From: an uncultured delta proteobacterium
Lineage (GTDB): Bacteria > Desulfobacterota > WTBG01 > CAIYCZ01
Length of the DNA stretch: 64,000 nt
Direction: 5' to 3'
Assembly: GCA_963803975.1 (NCBI GenBank)
Contig: CAWDOY010000003.1
Span: 256,001-320,000 of the forward strand
Every line of letters starts with the position of its first letter. Within the stretch, counting starts at the first letter, position 1. Shown here piece by piece: positions 13,493-25,099 of this stretch. Position numbers and translations under genes: made by a program. The notes under the pieces were generated by a model that did not search any database, had not been told where the DNA came from, and was given only the letters and a program-made list of their open reading frames with translations.

Positions 13493-14920
13493 ATGGTTAA
13501 TAAAAATGCCTGTTTCTATTGCGCAATCATACTATCTTTCATGTTCTGTTCCTGTTCCCGAATTAACGGAACAGCGCCTGCTGCGCCCTGAAGCGATTCC
13601 CGGCAGACCCCTGCACTACAAATTCCACAGCCTGAGCGCGTGGTATTAGACAATGGCATGGTGCTGTATCTCCTTGAAGATCATGAAATCCCCCTTATCG
13701 AAATGACAGCGCTGATACGCACCGGTGCAGTCTATGACCCTCCTGACCGGGCAGGTCTGGCAGCAATAACCGGGGAGGTTATGAGAACCGGCGGCACCAG
13801 CGCCATGACCCCGCAGGCACTGGATGAAAGGCTTGAGTTTATGGATGCGGTCATTACGGTTTCCCTGGAATCAGAATCAGGCGACGCATCGCTCTCAGTT
13901 CTCAAGAAGGAGTTTGATCCGGCACTTGATATTTTCTCCCAGATTCTTTTACATCCAATATTTGCTCCTGATCGCATAACGATTGCCAAAGAGCAGAAAA
14001 TATCAGCGCTGCGCCAGACTGATGATAACCCGCAGAGCCTTGCGTTCCGGAAGTTTAAAAAGCTTCTGTATAAAAATAATCCGCTGGGTAATCTGCCAAC
14101 CATTGGCTCAATTAAGGCCATCAGGCGCGAAGACCTCATTACATTTCATAAGGCCTTTTTTAGCCCGGACCGCATTATCCTGGGAGTCTCCGGTGATTTT
14201 TCATCCCCAGAGATGATTGATAAAATAAAACAGAAGTTTGCCGGCTGGAAACCATCTCCGCATGCCCTTCCCAATATTCCAAAGCCGCAGGATAGTACAG
14301 CTCAGCCAATGTTTTATCTGCAGAAAGATGTCCCCCAGGCTACCATTATCCTTGGGCACCTGGCTCCTTCAAAGGCCAGCCCTGATTATTATGCATTTGA
14401 AGTGCTGAACTATATGCTGGGAGGAGGCGGCTTTTCCTCACGCCTCACATCGGAAATTCGCTCAAACCGCGGTCTCGCTTACAGCGTTGGCAGCTTTTAT
14501 CGGGCCGCTGTTGATTACGGGGTGTTCGGCGCCTACTGCATGACCAAATCTTCATCAACCCACAAGGCGCTTTCGCTTATGATTGATATTATAAACAGGA
14601 TGAAAGACACCACGCTCAATGGTGAGCTTGAACAGGCCAGGGAATCACTGATAAACAGTTTTGTCTTTTCCTACAGCTCAAGCGCACAGATTATAAGCCA
14701 GCAGATGCTCCGCGAATACGAGCATCTGCCGCCTGATTTTATCGAACAGTTTCCCGCCAGGATAAGTGCGGTGAGCCTAAAGGACCTGCAGCGTGTTGCC
14801 GGACGGTATCTGCATCCCTTACAGTCTGTGATACTGGTTGTTGGCGATGCAAATAAATTTGATGTGCCGTTGAACAAATGGGGCCCAATGCAGCAAGTTT
14901 TTTCGGATCTGCAAAATTAA
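13493..14920 (+). CDS. M16 family peptidase, non-catalytic partner (5' end interrupted near 13590)
   Basis: LDNGM, LGGGGFSSRL..EIRSNRGLAYSV; lacks HxxEH. Confidence 0.88.
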
Positions 14921-14986
14921 GCGTTGCATGGAATAAGCCATTATGCCATTATTGTAAAATTAATTTAAACGCCATCAGATTCTCCT

Positions 14987-16724
14987 ATGCATGTACGTAA
15001 ACGAGTATTTTCCATACTGATTCTTTTTATGATTTCAGCGGGCGCCTGTACCCTGCCGGCAAAAAAGACCATGCCGGGTCCCGGAATAAAACCGCCGGAG
15101 AAGCTTAAGGAGCTGCAGAAGGTTCCTCCGCCTGACCTTTATTATCACATCATTCTTGGTGAACTGTACCAGGCGGAACGCGACTGGCCCCAGGCTATTG
15201 AGGAATTTAAATCAGCCCTCCTGTACGATGTTGAATCTCCCTATCTTCTGGTTCAGATAGGAAGCCTGTACCTGATACAGAATAATGTGGACGAGGCAAT
15301 CAAATGGTGCGAAAAAGCGATTGCCCGAGATCCCCAGTATCTGGAAGCTCACCTGCTGCTGGCTAATATCTACTCTAGCAAAAACAATACCGCCCAGGCG
15401 ATAAGGGAATATGAGACCATTATCTCTATCGATCCCGACCAGCAGGAAGCCTATCTGTATCTGGGTGCGCTCTATGCAGGGGCCAATGAACATGACAAGG
15501 CGATAGCCACACTGCAGAAGCTGCTTGCAGTCAACCCCGATTCGGTTATGGGCTATTTCTACCTGGGTAATATCTACCTGGACGTGAAGCGCTTCAGGGA
15601 CGCTGAGCAAAGCTATGCGAAGGCACTCCTCCTGCACCCCAATTTTGAATCAGCACTGGTTAATCTGGGCGTTGTGTATGAGGCGGAAAATAATTTTACC
15701 CCGGGCCATCGAGAGCTACCGGAGAATTCTTGAGATGCATCCACAGAACCATCAGGTACGCGGCCGCCTTGCGTATCTGCTGGTCATGGTAAAAGACCTG
15801 CAGGGTGCTTTGCAGCAGTATGAATATTTAAAAAGGGAACTCGGCGACGAGCGCGGAGATATTGCAATCAAAATCGGACTCATCTGCGTTGAGCAGAAAA
15901 AATGGCAAAAAGCAGAAAATGAATTTTTAGAAGTGCTTAAAAAAAACCCTGAGAACTATAGTGCACAGTATTATCTGGGCAGTGTTTACGAGGAGATGGA
16001 TAGACGTGCCGATGCCCAGGCTTTGTTTCGCAAAATTCCATCCGATTCAGAGCTGTTCCCGCAGGCACAGATTCACCTCGGGTATCTCTATGAGAAGGCC
16101 GGAGACAAAGACGCTTCCAAAAAAATAATCCGGGATGCTTTGAAAATAAAAACAACTGAGCTGAGCCTGTACCGGTTTCTTGCCTCCCTGTATGAAAAGG
16201 AAAAAAATTATCAGGAGGCAATTGCGGTACTCAACCAGGCACTGACCATAGATCCCAAAGATGAAGAGATACTGTTTTATCTTGGCGTCCTGTATGACAA
16301 GGCAGCTCTGTTTGAAGAAAGTATTAAAACCATGAAACGCGTTCTTGCGGTAAACCCGCAGAACGCTGACGCGCTCAATTATATCGGCTATACGTACGCG
16401 GATAAGGGAATGGATCTGGATGAGGCGGAAAACCTTATAAAGAAGGCGCTGGCGCTGAAGCCGAATGACGGGTACATAACAGACAGCCTGGGATGGGTTT
16501 ATTTTAAAAAGGGAAAATATGACAAGGCCCTGAAAGAGCTGGAAAAGGCTTTCGCGTTGTCACCGCAGGATCCGGTAATATGCGAACATTTGGGGGATGT
16601 CTATCTGAAAAATAACCAGCCGGGGAAAGCCATGGAACTGTATGAGAAGTCCCTGAAGTTGGACCCGACAAAAGAAGATGTAAAGAAAAAGCTTGAAGAA
16701 ATAAAGAGGAATGCAAAAAAGTAG
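14987..16724 (+). CDS. Tetratricopeptide-repeat lipoprotein (frameshift near 15700)
   Basis: Lipobox SAGAC, serial TPRs, ALNYIGY, DSLGWVYF, EHLGDVY. Confidence 0.88.
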
Positions 16725-17580
16725 CAATGATAAAAATATGCTCACTACTGCGGTTCACCGGCGGCGCGTTCTCATAGCCCTGACGTTTCTTATGGGGGTC
16801 TTGAGCGGTTGCGCTGCTCTGCGGACTCCACCATCCCGCGAAATCCCTCCGTTACCAGAACCACGGGTGTTCCTGCAGAACATACTAAAAGAGTATGCTG
16901 CACGAGAATATTTCTCGGCACTGTCCCGAATGAAGATAGCCTCTCCCCGTGGTGCCTTGAGCTTGAAAGGTGCTGTGGTTGTCCGTAGCCCCTCCTGCCT
17001 CAGAGTTGAGATGTTTGCCTTTCTGAACCAGCTTGCTTTCCTTTTTGCAACTGATAGCGCAACCATGAGCGTTTACCTTCCTGCACATAATGCAATCTAT
17101 ACCGGGAAAGCGGCAAATGAGCATCTGGCATTCCTGTACGGCAGTGACCTGCCTCTGCAGGATGCAATAACGCTGTTCCTGGGCTATCCCCATCTGTCAC
17201 CCTATGATGCCTCACGGGTTACCTGGCAGTATGATAATGGCTGTTATCTGTTTGAGCTGCGGTCTGACGGCGGATACCGTCAGCAGGTCTGGGTTGATCC
17301 AATACTCAATAAAATTATAAAATATATGCTCTATGATGCAGCGGGCAGGGCTCAGTATGAATTCTTGTTCAAGGATTTCAGACCAGCGGGCACACACACG
17401 GTCCCTTTTACCATTGACCTCATGTTTCACCAGTCACAAACCCATATTATAATCTCCTATTCAGACATAGACAGTGCTCTTCCTCCGGAGGCCGGGCTCT
17501 TCACGCTCATTCCTCCGGTTCAGACCAGGAGGCTTCCGCTTGAGGAATTATCGCGGTCCTTCATCATCAAGGCTGATTAA
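16711..17580 (+). CDS. Lipoprotein, LolA/LolB-like or DUF4292-like fold
   Basis: Lipobox LSGC; beta-rich; usual neighbour of this TPR protein. Confidence 0.6.
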   Translation: MQKSSNDKNMLTTAVHRRRVLIALTFLMGVLSGCAALRTPPSREIPPLPEPRVFLQNILKEYAAREYFSALSRMKIASPRGALSLKGAVVVRSPSCLRVEMFAFLNQLAFLFATDSATMSVYLPAHNAIYTGKAANEHLAFLYGSDLPLQDAITLFLGYPHLSPYDASRVTWQYDNGCYLFELRSDGGYRQQVWVDPILNKIIKYMLYDAAGRAQYEFLFKDFRPAGTHTVPFTIDLMFHQSQTHIIISYSDIDSALPPEAGLFTLIPPVQTRRLPLEELSRSFIIKAD

Positions 17581-17672
17581 AGGGAAGACAACCTTTTTCC
17601 TTGATAATTTTCAATGAACATTGTATGTAACAATCAAACTATCAATTCATTTCACTCGTATCCGTACCGGCT

Positions 17673-18047
17673 ATGGCGAACGAAAAAATCCTCCTGGTTG
17701 ATGATGAAGAAAACCTCCTCATGCTCTACAAACAGGAGCTGCTTGACGAGGGCTATCAGGTCGTTACTGCCGGCGATGCACGGGAGGGAATTGAGAAAAT
17801 AAAGAGCGAAGAACTTGATGTAGTAATTATGGATATCAGGATGCCGGCCATGGACGGCCTCGAAGCTATCGGAAAAATCCTTGGTCTGAAAAAAGATATT
17901 CCTATTATTTTGAATACAGCCTATTCTACTTATAAAGAAGACTTTATGAGCTGGGCTGCTGATGCCTACGTGGTGAAGTCCTCTGATCTTACCCAGCTTA
18001 AAACCACCATTCGCGTCGTACTCGACAAGAAAAAATCACCTTCATGA
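17673..18047 (+). CDS. Single-domain response regulator
   Basis: ILLVDDE, DIRMP, ILNTAY, YVVKSSD. Confidence 0.92.
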   Translation: MANEKILLVDDEENLLMLYKQELLDEGYQVVTAGDAREGIEKIKSEELDVVIMDIRMPAMDGLEAIGKILGLKKDIPIILNTAYSTYKEDFMSWAADAYVVKSSDLTQLKTTIRVVLDKKKSPS

Positions 18048-19261
18048 AAAAAGTCTTAGCCATGGTGCTGGCCGGTGGCAGAGGCGAGCGCCTTTACCCG
18101 CTGACACGCGATCGGGCAAAACCTGCAGTGCCGTTTGCCGCGCTATACCGGATCATTGACTTCACGCTCAGCAACTGCGTAAATTCCGGGATACGCAGGA
18201 TCTATATTCTCACCCAGTATAAATCCCTTTCCCTTGACCGCCACATCCAGATGGGCTGGAACATCCTCAGCATGCGCATGGGTGAATTTATTAATGTCAT
18301 ACCGGCCCAGCAGCGCATCAACGAAAGCTGGTATCAGGGCACTGCCGATGCCATTTTCCAGAACATCTACACCCTGCAGCAGGAACGCCCGGACCTGGTG
18401 CTGGTGCTGTCAGGCGACCATGTATATAAAATGGATTACCGGGCTTTGATTGAGCAGCACCTTAAAAAAAAGGCTGACCTTACCTTTGCGACCATTGCAA
18501 TGGATAAAAAATACTGCAGGGAATTCGGCGTAGTGCAGATTGATAAGGATTCCCGGGTGATCGGTTTTCAGGAAAAGCCGGAAGTGCCCAACACCCTGCC
18601 GGATAACCCTGATGCAATCCTCATCAACCTGGGGGTCTATGTTTTTAGTACCGAGATACTGGTCAAGCGGCTTATTGATAATGCTAAGAATAAAGATACC
18701 GAACACGACTTCGGCAAAAATATTATCCCCCAGATGATAGCAAAAGACCGGGTGTTTGCCTTTCCCTTTATTGATACCAAAACCGGGCAGCCCGGCTACT
18801 GGAGAGACGTGGGCACCCTGGATGCCTATTGGGAGGCAAGCATGGACATGCTGACATCCCATCCCAGCGTTGATATTTATGATGCTGACTGGCCGATACT
18901 TACTGATGAGGAAATAAGCGCGCCGGCCAAAATCGAGGGGTTCAGGGAAAAGGACGGCATCATGTACGGAAGCGTATTCAATTCAATAATTTCGCAGGGA
19001 TGTATCGTACGCTCCGGACATGTGTCAGAGTCCATTCTCTCACCCAATGTGACGGTTGATGAATATGCCACAATAAAAAATGCCATACTGATGAATGATG
19101 TGCAGGTGGGAAAGAACTGTCGTATCAAGCGGACTATTGTTGATAAAGGCGTCCGCTTTCCGCAGGGAACAGAAGTCGGTTACCATCCTGAAAATGATAA
19201 AAAGAGGTTTACCGTAACCGATTCCGGTATTGTCGTCATTGGCAAGGGGGCTGCATTTTAG
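18044..19261 (+). CDS. glgC: Glucose-1-phosphate adenylyltransferase
   Basis: LAGGRGERL..RAKPAVPF, GTADA, GDHVYKMDY, YWRDVGT. Confidence 0.96.
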   Translation: MKKVLAMVLAGGRGERLYPLTRDRAKPAVPFAALYRIIDFTLSNCVNSGIRRIYILTQYKSLSLDRHIQMGWNILSMRMGEFINVIPAQQRINESWYQGTADAIFQNIYTLQQERPDLVLVLSGDHVYKMDYRALIEQHLKKKADLTFATIAMDKKYCREFGVVQIDKDSRVIGFQEKPEVPNTLPDNPDAILINLGVYVFSTEILVKRLIDNAKNKDTEHDFGKNIIPQMIAKDRVFAFPFIDTKTGQPGYWRDVGTLDAYWEASMDMLTSHPSVDIYDADWPILTDEEISAPAKIEGFREKDGIMYGSVFNSIISQGCIVRSGHVSESILSPNVTVDEYATIKNAILMNDVQVGKNCRIKRTIVDKGVRFPQGTEVGYHPENDKKRFTVTDSGIVVIGKGAAF

Positions 19262-19280
19262 TGCAGCCCCGGCCCTGCCT

Positions 19281-20054
19281 TTAACTTCCTGCCAATTTCT
19301 TTTCTGCCATCTCAGCAAGCTTTATAAAAGGTTTAAACAGGTCAATAGGTATCGGGAAGATGGTGGTTGAATTCTTTTCCGCTGACACCTCGGTCAGGGT
19401 CTGCAGATACCGGAGCTGGAGCGCTATGGGCTTATCAGCGATTATATCAGCAGCCTGTCCCAGCTTTACCGCAGCCTGGAATTCACCTTCTGCATGAATG
19501 ACCTTGGCGCGCCGATCCCTCTCAGCTTCAGCCTGCTTTGCCATGGCCCGTTTCATTTCATCCGGGAGGTCAATGTGCTTTACTTCCACATTGGTGACCT
19601 TTATGCCCCAGGGGTCGGTTTGCTTATCAAGAATTTCCTGGAGGCGGATATTAATCTGCTCCCGATCTGCCAGAAGCTCATCCAGCTCTGCCTGGCCGCA
19701 TACACTGCGCAGCGTTGTCTGTGCAAGCTGTGATGTGGCATAGAGAAAGTTTTCCACCTCCACCACTGCTTTGTTGGGCTCCATAACACGGAAGTACAGA
19801 ACCGCGTTCACCTTGACTGAGACATTATCCCGGGTAATGACATCCTGCGACGGCACATCAAGCGTTACCAGCCTGAGGCTTATCTTCTGCAATTTATCAA
19901 TAATAGGGATGAGGATAATCAGGCCAGGCCCTTTGCTGCCGATGAGGCGCCCAAGTCTGAAGATAACCCCGCGCTCGTATTCATTCAGTATCCTGATGGC
20001 GCTGGCAAGAAACATTATCGCGAAAAGAATAAGTGCTGGCACAAATAGGCTCAT
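19281..20054 (-). CDS. Slipin/stomatin (SPFH) protein
   Basis: [35 protein letters not shown]. Confidence 0.93.
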   Translation of the reverse strand: MSLFVPALILFAIMFLASAIRILNEYERGVIFRLGRLIGSKGPGLIILIPIIDKLQKISLRLVTLDVPSQDVITRDNVSVKVNAVLYFRVMEPNKAVVEVENFLYATSQLAQTTLRSVCGQAELDELLADREQINIRLQEILDKQTDPWGIKVTNVEVKHIDLPDEMKRAMAKQAEAERDRRAKVIHAEGEFQAAVKLGQAADIIADKPIALQLRYLQTLTEVSAEKNSTTIFPIPIDLFKPFIKLAEMAEKKLAGS

Positions 20055-20134
20055 AGTATTTCCTCCTTTTTTTAAGATTGGTTTTGTTAAAACATACTCC
20101 TTTTTTTCATAAAACCTTTGACCGTACCTTGCGA

Positions 20135-21431
20135 TTATTCTTTGCTGACCTTTTCAACTTCGACCATCATATTTTTAACTTTGACAACCCGCACCTCGCT
20201 GCCTTTTTCAATCAAAACTGTGCTGTGCGCGTTCCAGTATTCACCGTGAACAAATATTTTTCCTTCCTGAAATATATCAGTGCAGGCTGTGCCCACCATA
20301 TTTACCAGCCCCTCATAGCCGGTAGCAGGCTGCCTGCGCTGGGCTTTTATCGTCAGCCCGACAATGGTGAGAAAAAAGGCTGAGGTCAGAATAATTGAAG
20401 GCACCATGACATTCCATGATATCCTTAAATACGGCACTGATGACTGAAAGAGCATCAGAGAGCCCAGGGTTAACGCAATGATGCCGCCTATTGAAAGCAC
20501 CCCGTAGCTGGCAATCTTTATCTCCGCAATAAACATGATAACCGCAAGCAGGATTAACAGAATCCCCGCATAATTTGCCGAAAGGGTCTGCATGGAATAG
20601 AAGGAAAGTATCAGAGATATGCCGCCGATAACGCCCGGCAGTATGACGCCCGGGTTTGACAGCTCAAAATAGAGCCCGGCCAGCCCGATGAGAAGCAGTA
20701 TATAGGCAATGTTCGGGTCGCTCACGGTATTGAGGATGAGGTCGCGGATACTCATCTTTTTAAAATGTATTTCCGCGGTTTGCACCTCAAGCTTGCGGTC
20801 TGCCTGCTGCTGTTTCGACCGTCCTGCCGTCAATAGTAGAGATGAGGGTTTTCAGGTCTGGCGCAATCAAGTCTATGACCTTGTTTTTCAAAGCCTCTTG
20901 TTCGCTCAGGGAAACACTCTCCCGGACGGCCTTGATTGCCCATTCCTTATTCCGGTTGCGCTTGATTGCGATGCCCTCAACATAAGCGGCAGCGTCGTTT
21001 ACTACTTTTTCAGCCATATCCTTGCCCATCTCCCCTGCCCCGATGCTCACCGGGTGGGCCGCGCCGATATTGGTGCTGGGCGCCATGGCTGCAATATGTG
21101 CGGCCAGGGTGATGATGGCTCCCGCAGATGCAGCACGGGCTCCGCTGGGGGCAACATAGACAATGACGGGAACCCGGGAGGCGAATATCTTCTTAATAAT
21201 CGAGCGCATTGACAGGTCAAGACCGCCGGGCGTGTCCATCTGCACTATGAGGCACTCAGCAGACCCGCTTTCAGCTTCGTCTATGCTTTTAATAAAATAT
21301 TCGGCAGTAACGGGATTAATCGGGCCGTCTATATCAATGACATCAATCTGTTTGCCGTAGGCGCACGGCAGCAGGAAAACAAGCGTAGCGCATATGCCTG
21401 TGAATGCACAGTGCCATCTGGTATATTTCAT
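20135..21431 (-). CDS. nfeD: NfeD membrane serine protease (frameshift near 20795)
   Basis: [23 protein letters not shown] region and [10 protein letters not shown]-fold; paired with slipin. Confidence 0.9.
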
Positions 21432-21605
21432 AGTTGAATAGCTGCGGTGGGTAATCATGTTAGTTGCTGCTTCAAATTATACTATTCTCTTATCATTTCC
21501 AACAGGTGCTTTCAACATAAACTTCCAATAAAAATCTTGACTTCTTTTCAATTGTAGAATAAATTGGCAGACGCTTAACAGCTGCGTATCGTAAACTTGT
21601 ATGGC

Positions 21606-21681
<76 letters not shown>

Positions 21682-21797
21682 TTTTTTTATTCCCGGCATC
21701 TGCGTTTCTATGCTCAAGCTTCCGGCTCCGCGCTATCGGCCGCTCAACTGACTGCGGCGCGCCAGGGAAAAGAGACTGAACAGGCAAATATACGCAC

Positions 21798-21825
21798 AAC
21801 CCCGCTTCACTGAAGCGGGGTTTGT
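21798..21825 (+). terminator. Hairpin between tRNA-Phe and purA
   Basis: aaccccgcttca/tgaagcggggtt. Confidence 0.55.
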
Positions 21826-21870
21826 TATGCAGATATTTTTACAGCACAGCAGAGGAAGAAAATACAGACC

Positions 21871-23163
21871 ATGTCCAATGTCGTGATAATCGGCGCCCAG
21901 TGGGGTGATGAAGGAAAAGGTAAAATTGTTGACATCCTGGCCCTCGATGCAGACATCATTGTCCGTTTCCAGGGCGGCCCTAATGCCGGCCACACCGTGG
22001 TGGTGGGCGATGAAAAAATAATTCTCCACCAGATTCCCTCAGGTATTCTCCACCAGGGAAAAACCTGCGTGATCGGCAATGGTGTGGTGCTTGATATCGA
22101 AACCCTTATGGCTGAGATGCAGGAAGTAAAGTCACGGGGGTATTTTCCGGACGACGCGGCGCTGCTTATCAGTGAAGAAACAAATCTTATCATGCCCTAT
22201 CACAAGCGCATCGATGTTGCCCGTGAATCTCTCAAGGGGAAAGACAAAATCGGCACCACCGGCAGAGGCATCGGCCCTGCCTATGAGGATAAAGCAGCGC
22301 GCCGCGGTATCAGGGTGGTGGATATTTTTGATGATGAGGCGCTGCGCTATAAAATAAAATCAAACCTTGAAGAGAAAAACTGGTATTTGCGTGAATACCT
22401 GAAAGAAACAACCTTCGATGCTGAAGAGATAATCAGTCTGATTACCGGGTATCGCTCAGGCATTAAACAGTATGTTGCCAACACCTCCCTGTTTCTGAGC
22501 AACGCTTTGAAACAGGGTAAAAAAGTCCTCTTTGAAGGTGCGCAGGGTTCAATGCTTGATGTTGATCATGGCACCTATCCCTTTGTTACCTCGTCAAATA
22601 CGGTTGCCGGTCAGGCAGCCATAGGCAGCGGCGTCGGGCCTAACTGTCTTGATACCATTATCGGCATCTCTAAGGCCTATACAACCAGGGTTGGCAGCGG
22701 CCCCTTCCCTACCGAGCTTAACGATGAGATGGGCAGTTATCTCCGTGAGCAGGGCGGTGAGTACGGTGCCACAACCGGCCGTCCGCGGCGCTGCGGCTGG
22801 TTTGATTCAGTGGTTGCCCGTCATTCCATACGGGTAAACGGCATGACCAGTTTTGCCCTGACCAAGCTTGATGTGCTGAGCGGACTGAAGACCATAAAGG
22901 TTTGCACGGGATACAGGTACAAAAATTCACTTGTAACTGAAATGCCGGCAAACTTTAATGTGCTGGAAAACTGTGAGCCGGTTTATGATGAAGTGCCCGG
23001 ATGGAGCGAGAATATCAGCACGATAAAAAAGGTGGCGGATTTACCGAAGGCAGCACAGGATTACATCAGGTACATAGAAAAACAGACTGAAATACCTGTG
23101 ACCATCCTTTCACTCGGTCATCGCCGCAATGAGGCAATAATACTGAAAAATCCGTTTCATTAA
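21871..23163 (+). CDS. purA: Adenylosuccinate synthetase
   Basis: QWGDEGKGK, GTYPFVTSS, GATTGRPRRCGW. Confidence 0.98.
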   Translation: MSNVVIIGAQWGDEGKGKIVDILALDADIIVRFQGGPNAGHTVVVGDEKIILHQIPSGILHQGKTCVIGNGVVLDIETLMAEMQEVKSRGYFPDDAALLISEETNLIMPYHKRIDVARESLKGKDKIGTTGRGIGPAYEDKAARRGIRVVDIFDDEALRYKIKSNLEEKNWYLREYLKETTFDAEEIISLITGYRSGIKQYVANTSLFLSNALKQGKKVLFEGAQGSMLDVDHGTYPFVTSSNTVAGQAAIGSGVGPNCLDTIIGISKAYTTRVGSGPFPTELNDEMGSYLREQGGEYGATTGRPRRCGWFDSVVARHSIRVNGMTSFALTKLDVLSGLKTIKVCTGYRYKNSLVTEMPANFNVLENCEPVYDEVPGWSENISTIKKVADLPKAAQDYIRYIEKQTEIPVTILSLGHRRNEAIILKNPFH

Positions 23164-23249
23164 TCTCAGTATTTATCTCCCGCTGATAAATTACTGTTTG
23201 TAAATTAGTAAAACTTTTGCAATAATTAAAACTGACAATTAAATACAGT

Positions 23250-23325
<76 letters not shown>

Positions 23326-23335
23326 AATAACAAAG

Positions 23336-23379
23336 AAAAATAGACTATTTAGACGCTAACCTAAATAGTCTATTTTTTT
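23336..23379 (+). terminator. Terminator after tRNA-Lys
   Basis: aaaaatagactatttag/ctaaatagtctattttt. Confidence 0.75.
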
Positions 23380-23694
23380 ACTAAATCTCCTGCTACCGCC
23401 CTGCTACCGATTTTTAAAATAAAAAAGCCCTATAGTTTGTTCTATAGAGCTTTGAATTTTATGCTGAGGCTTTCTAAATTGCCCTGTATTGCGCCCTAAT
23501 CTCTACCCCCTACCCTTTTGCCCCTCTGAAAAAAGATATAGGCTAATTTTGTGAGCCCTTCTTGAGTATCCTACGAAGCTGTCTCTTTGTATTTAATATA
23601 CTCTAATTGATATAAATTCTTGCCAAGATTACAATTGTACATATCCAGCTTCAGTGAGAATAATATATACAAAATAATATATGAAGGGGAACCA

Positions 23695-23781
23695 ATGATT
23701 CGAATAACTAAAGGGGTACAACTACATAATAAAGATTAAAACAGAACCTCCACCAGCAAGTAATTACTGTGGAGGTTTTTT
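23695..23781 (+). promoter_or_regulatory. Leader ORF (MIRITKGVQLHNKD*) plus conserved terminator hairpin
   Basis: GAAGGGGA RBS, ATG 23695-TAA 23739, hairpin gaacctcca...tggaggtt + T6, then main RBS GAGGAGG. Confidence 0.6.
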
Positions 23782-23805
23782 AGTCTTTGCAACGAGGAGG
23801 GTAAA

Positions 23806-25078
23806 ATGAAAAGTAAAAAGTTCAAACTATCGGCAATAGTATTTTACTCAGTCATTATAGCGTTAGCCTTGGGTTTACCCAATATGGCTTTTGCCCTGCA
23901 ATCGGGAGATTTTACATATACGGAATCAGGCGGCACTATAACAATCACCGGATATACCGGTACTGGCGGAACTGTTGTAATCCCAGCTGCCATAGACGGC
24001 AAGCCGGTGGTAGGCATTGGGCTATTATGCGTTTTATTATATGCACGCGGTTTGACCAGCGTGACCATCCCCGACAGCGTTACGAGCATTGGGGAATATG
24101 CGTTTGCTGGTTGCACCGGTTTGACCAGCGTGACCATCGGAAACAGCGTTACGAGCATTGGGATTAGTGCGTTTCATGATTGCACCGGTTTGACCAGCGT
24201 GACCATCCCAAACAGCGTTACGAGCATTGGGTATTGTGCGTTTTATGGTTGCAACGGTTTGACCAGCGTGACCATCGGAAACAGCGTTACGAGCATTGGG
24301 ATTGTGCGTTTTATGGTTGCACCGGTTTGACCAGCGTGACCATCCCCGACAGCGTTACGAGCATTGGGATATGCGTTTTGACTGCAGCGGTTTGACCAGC
24401 GTGACCATCCCAAACAGCGTTACGAGCATTGGGGATTAGTGCGTTTGCTAGTTGCACCGGTTTGACCAGCGTGACCATCCCCAACAGCGTTACGAGCATT
24501 GGGGATGAGGCGTTTTATGGTTGCAGCGGTTTGACCAGCGTGACCATCCCCGACAGCGTTACGAGCATTGGGGCTAATGCGTTTTATGGTTGCAGCGGTT
24601 TGACCAGCGTGACCATCGGAAACAGCGTTACGAGCATTGGGTGGTTAGGCGTTTTATAATGCAACAGTTTGACCAGCGTGATCATTCCACAACAGCGTTA
24701 CGAGTATTGGGGATTGGCGTTTTACTGGTTGCACCAGTTTGACCAGCGCATATTTTTATGGAAATGCGCCTTCGATGGGGCGGGATGTTTTTTATGGCTG
24801 CGCAAGTAATTTTACCGTTTGCTATACTGCCGGAAGCACAGGGTTTACAACTCCTACGTGGTGCCAGTAAGCAGTATTTGCTATCCGGCAGCGGTGTGTG
24901 ACGACCAACCGCCATAACTCTTTCAACGTTTACTGCAAAGCCCAGTAATAGTGAAGTTACTCTTGCATGGTCAACAGAGTCTGAACTCGACAACGCTGGT
25001 TTCAACCTCTATCCGCTCAGAATCTGAGAATGGACAATATGACAAAATTAACGCTTCACTGATTACGGCACAAGGCTA
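23806..25078 (+). CDS. Secreted BspA-type (TpLRR/LRR_5) leucine-rich-repeat protein, frameshifted and 3'-truncated
   Basis: Signal peptide, ITGYTG cap, ~10 [23 protein letters not shown] repeats, start of an FN3-like domain also present in 37133 protein. Confidence 0.85.
24049..24748 (+). repeat. 69-bp tandem repeat array (~10 units)
   Basis: ggtttgaccagcgtgaccatc..agcgttacgagcattggg repeated at 24049, 24118, 24187, 24256, 24324, 24389, 24459, 24528, 24597, 24666. Confidence 0.95.
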
Positions 25079-25099
25079 TTTAATTAATAAAAGACAACT

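Noticed and set aside
13493..13640. Selenocysteine read-through at the in-frame TGA near 13589
   Set aside because: It falls in a non-catalytic N-terminal region of an M16 subunit; two compensating indels explain it better.
24049..24748. CRISPR array
   Set aside because: The period is 69 bp (23 codons), variable parts are only ~6 nt, it translates as TpLRR repeats, and no cas genes are present.
24049..24748. Classical DGR variable region (many NNT codons suggest A-to-N mutagenesis)
   Set aside because: Framework adenines are invariant, and no template repeat or reverse transcriptase is in the window. A remote DGR cannot be excluded.
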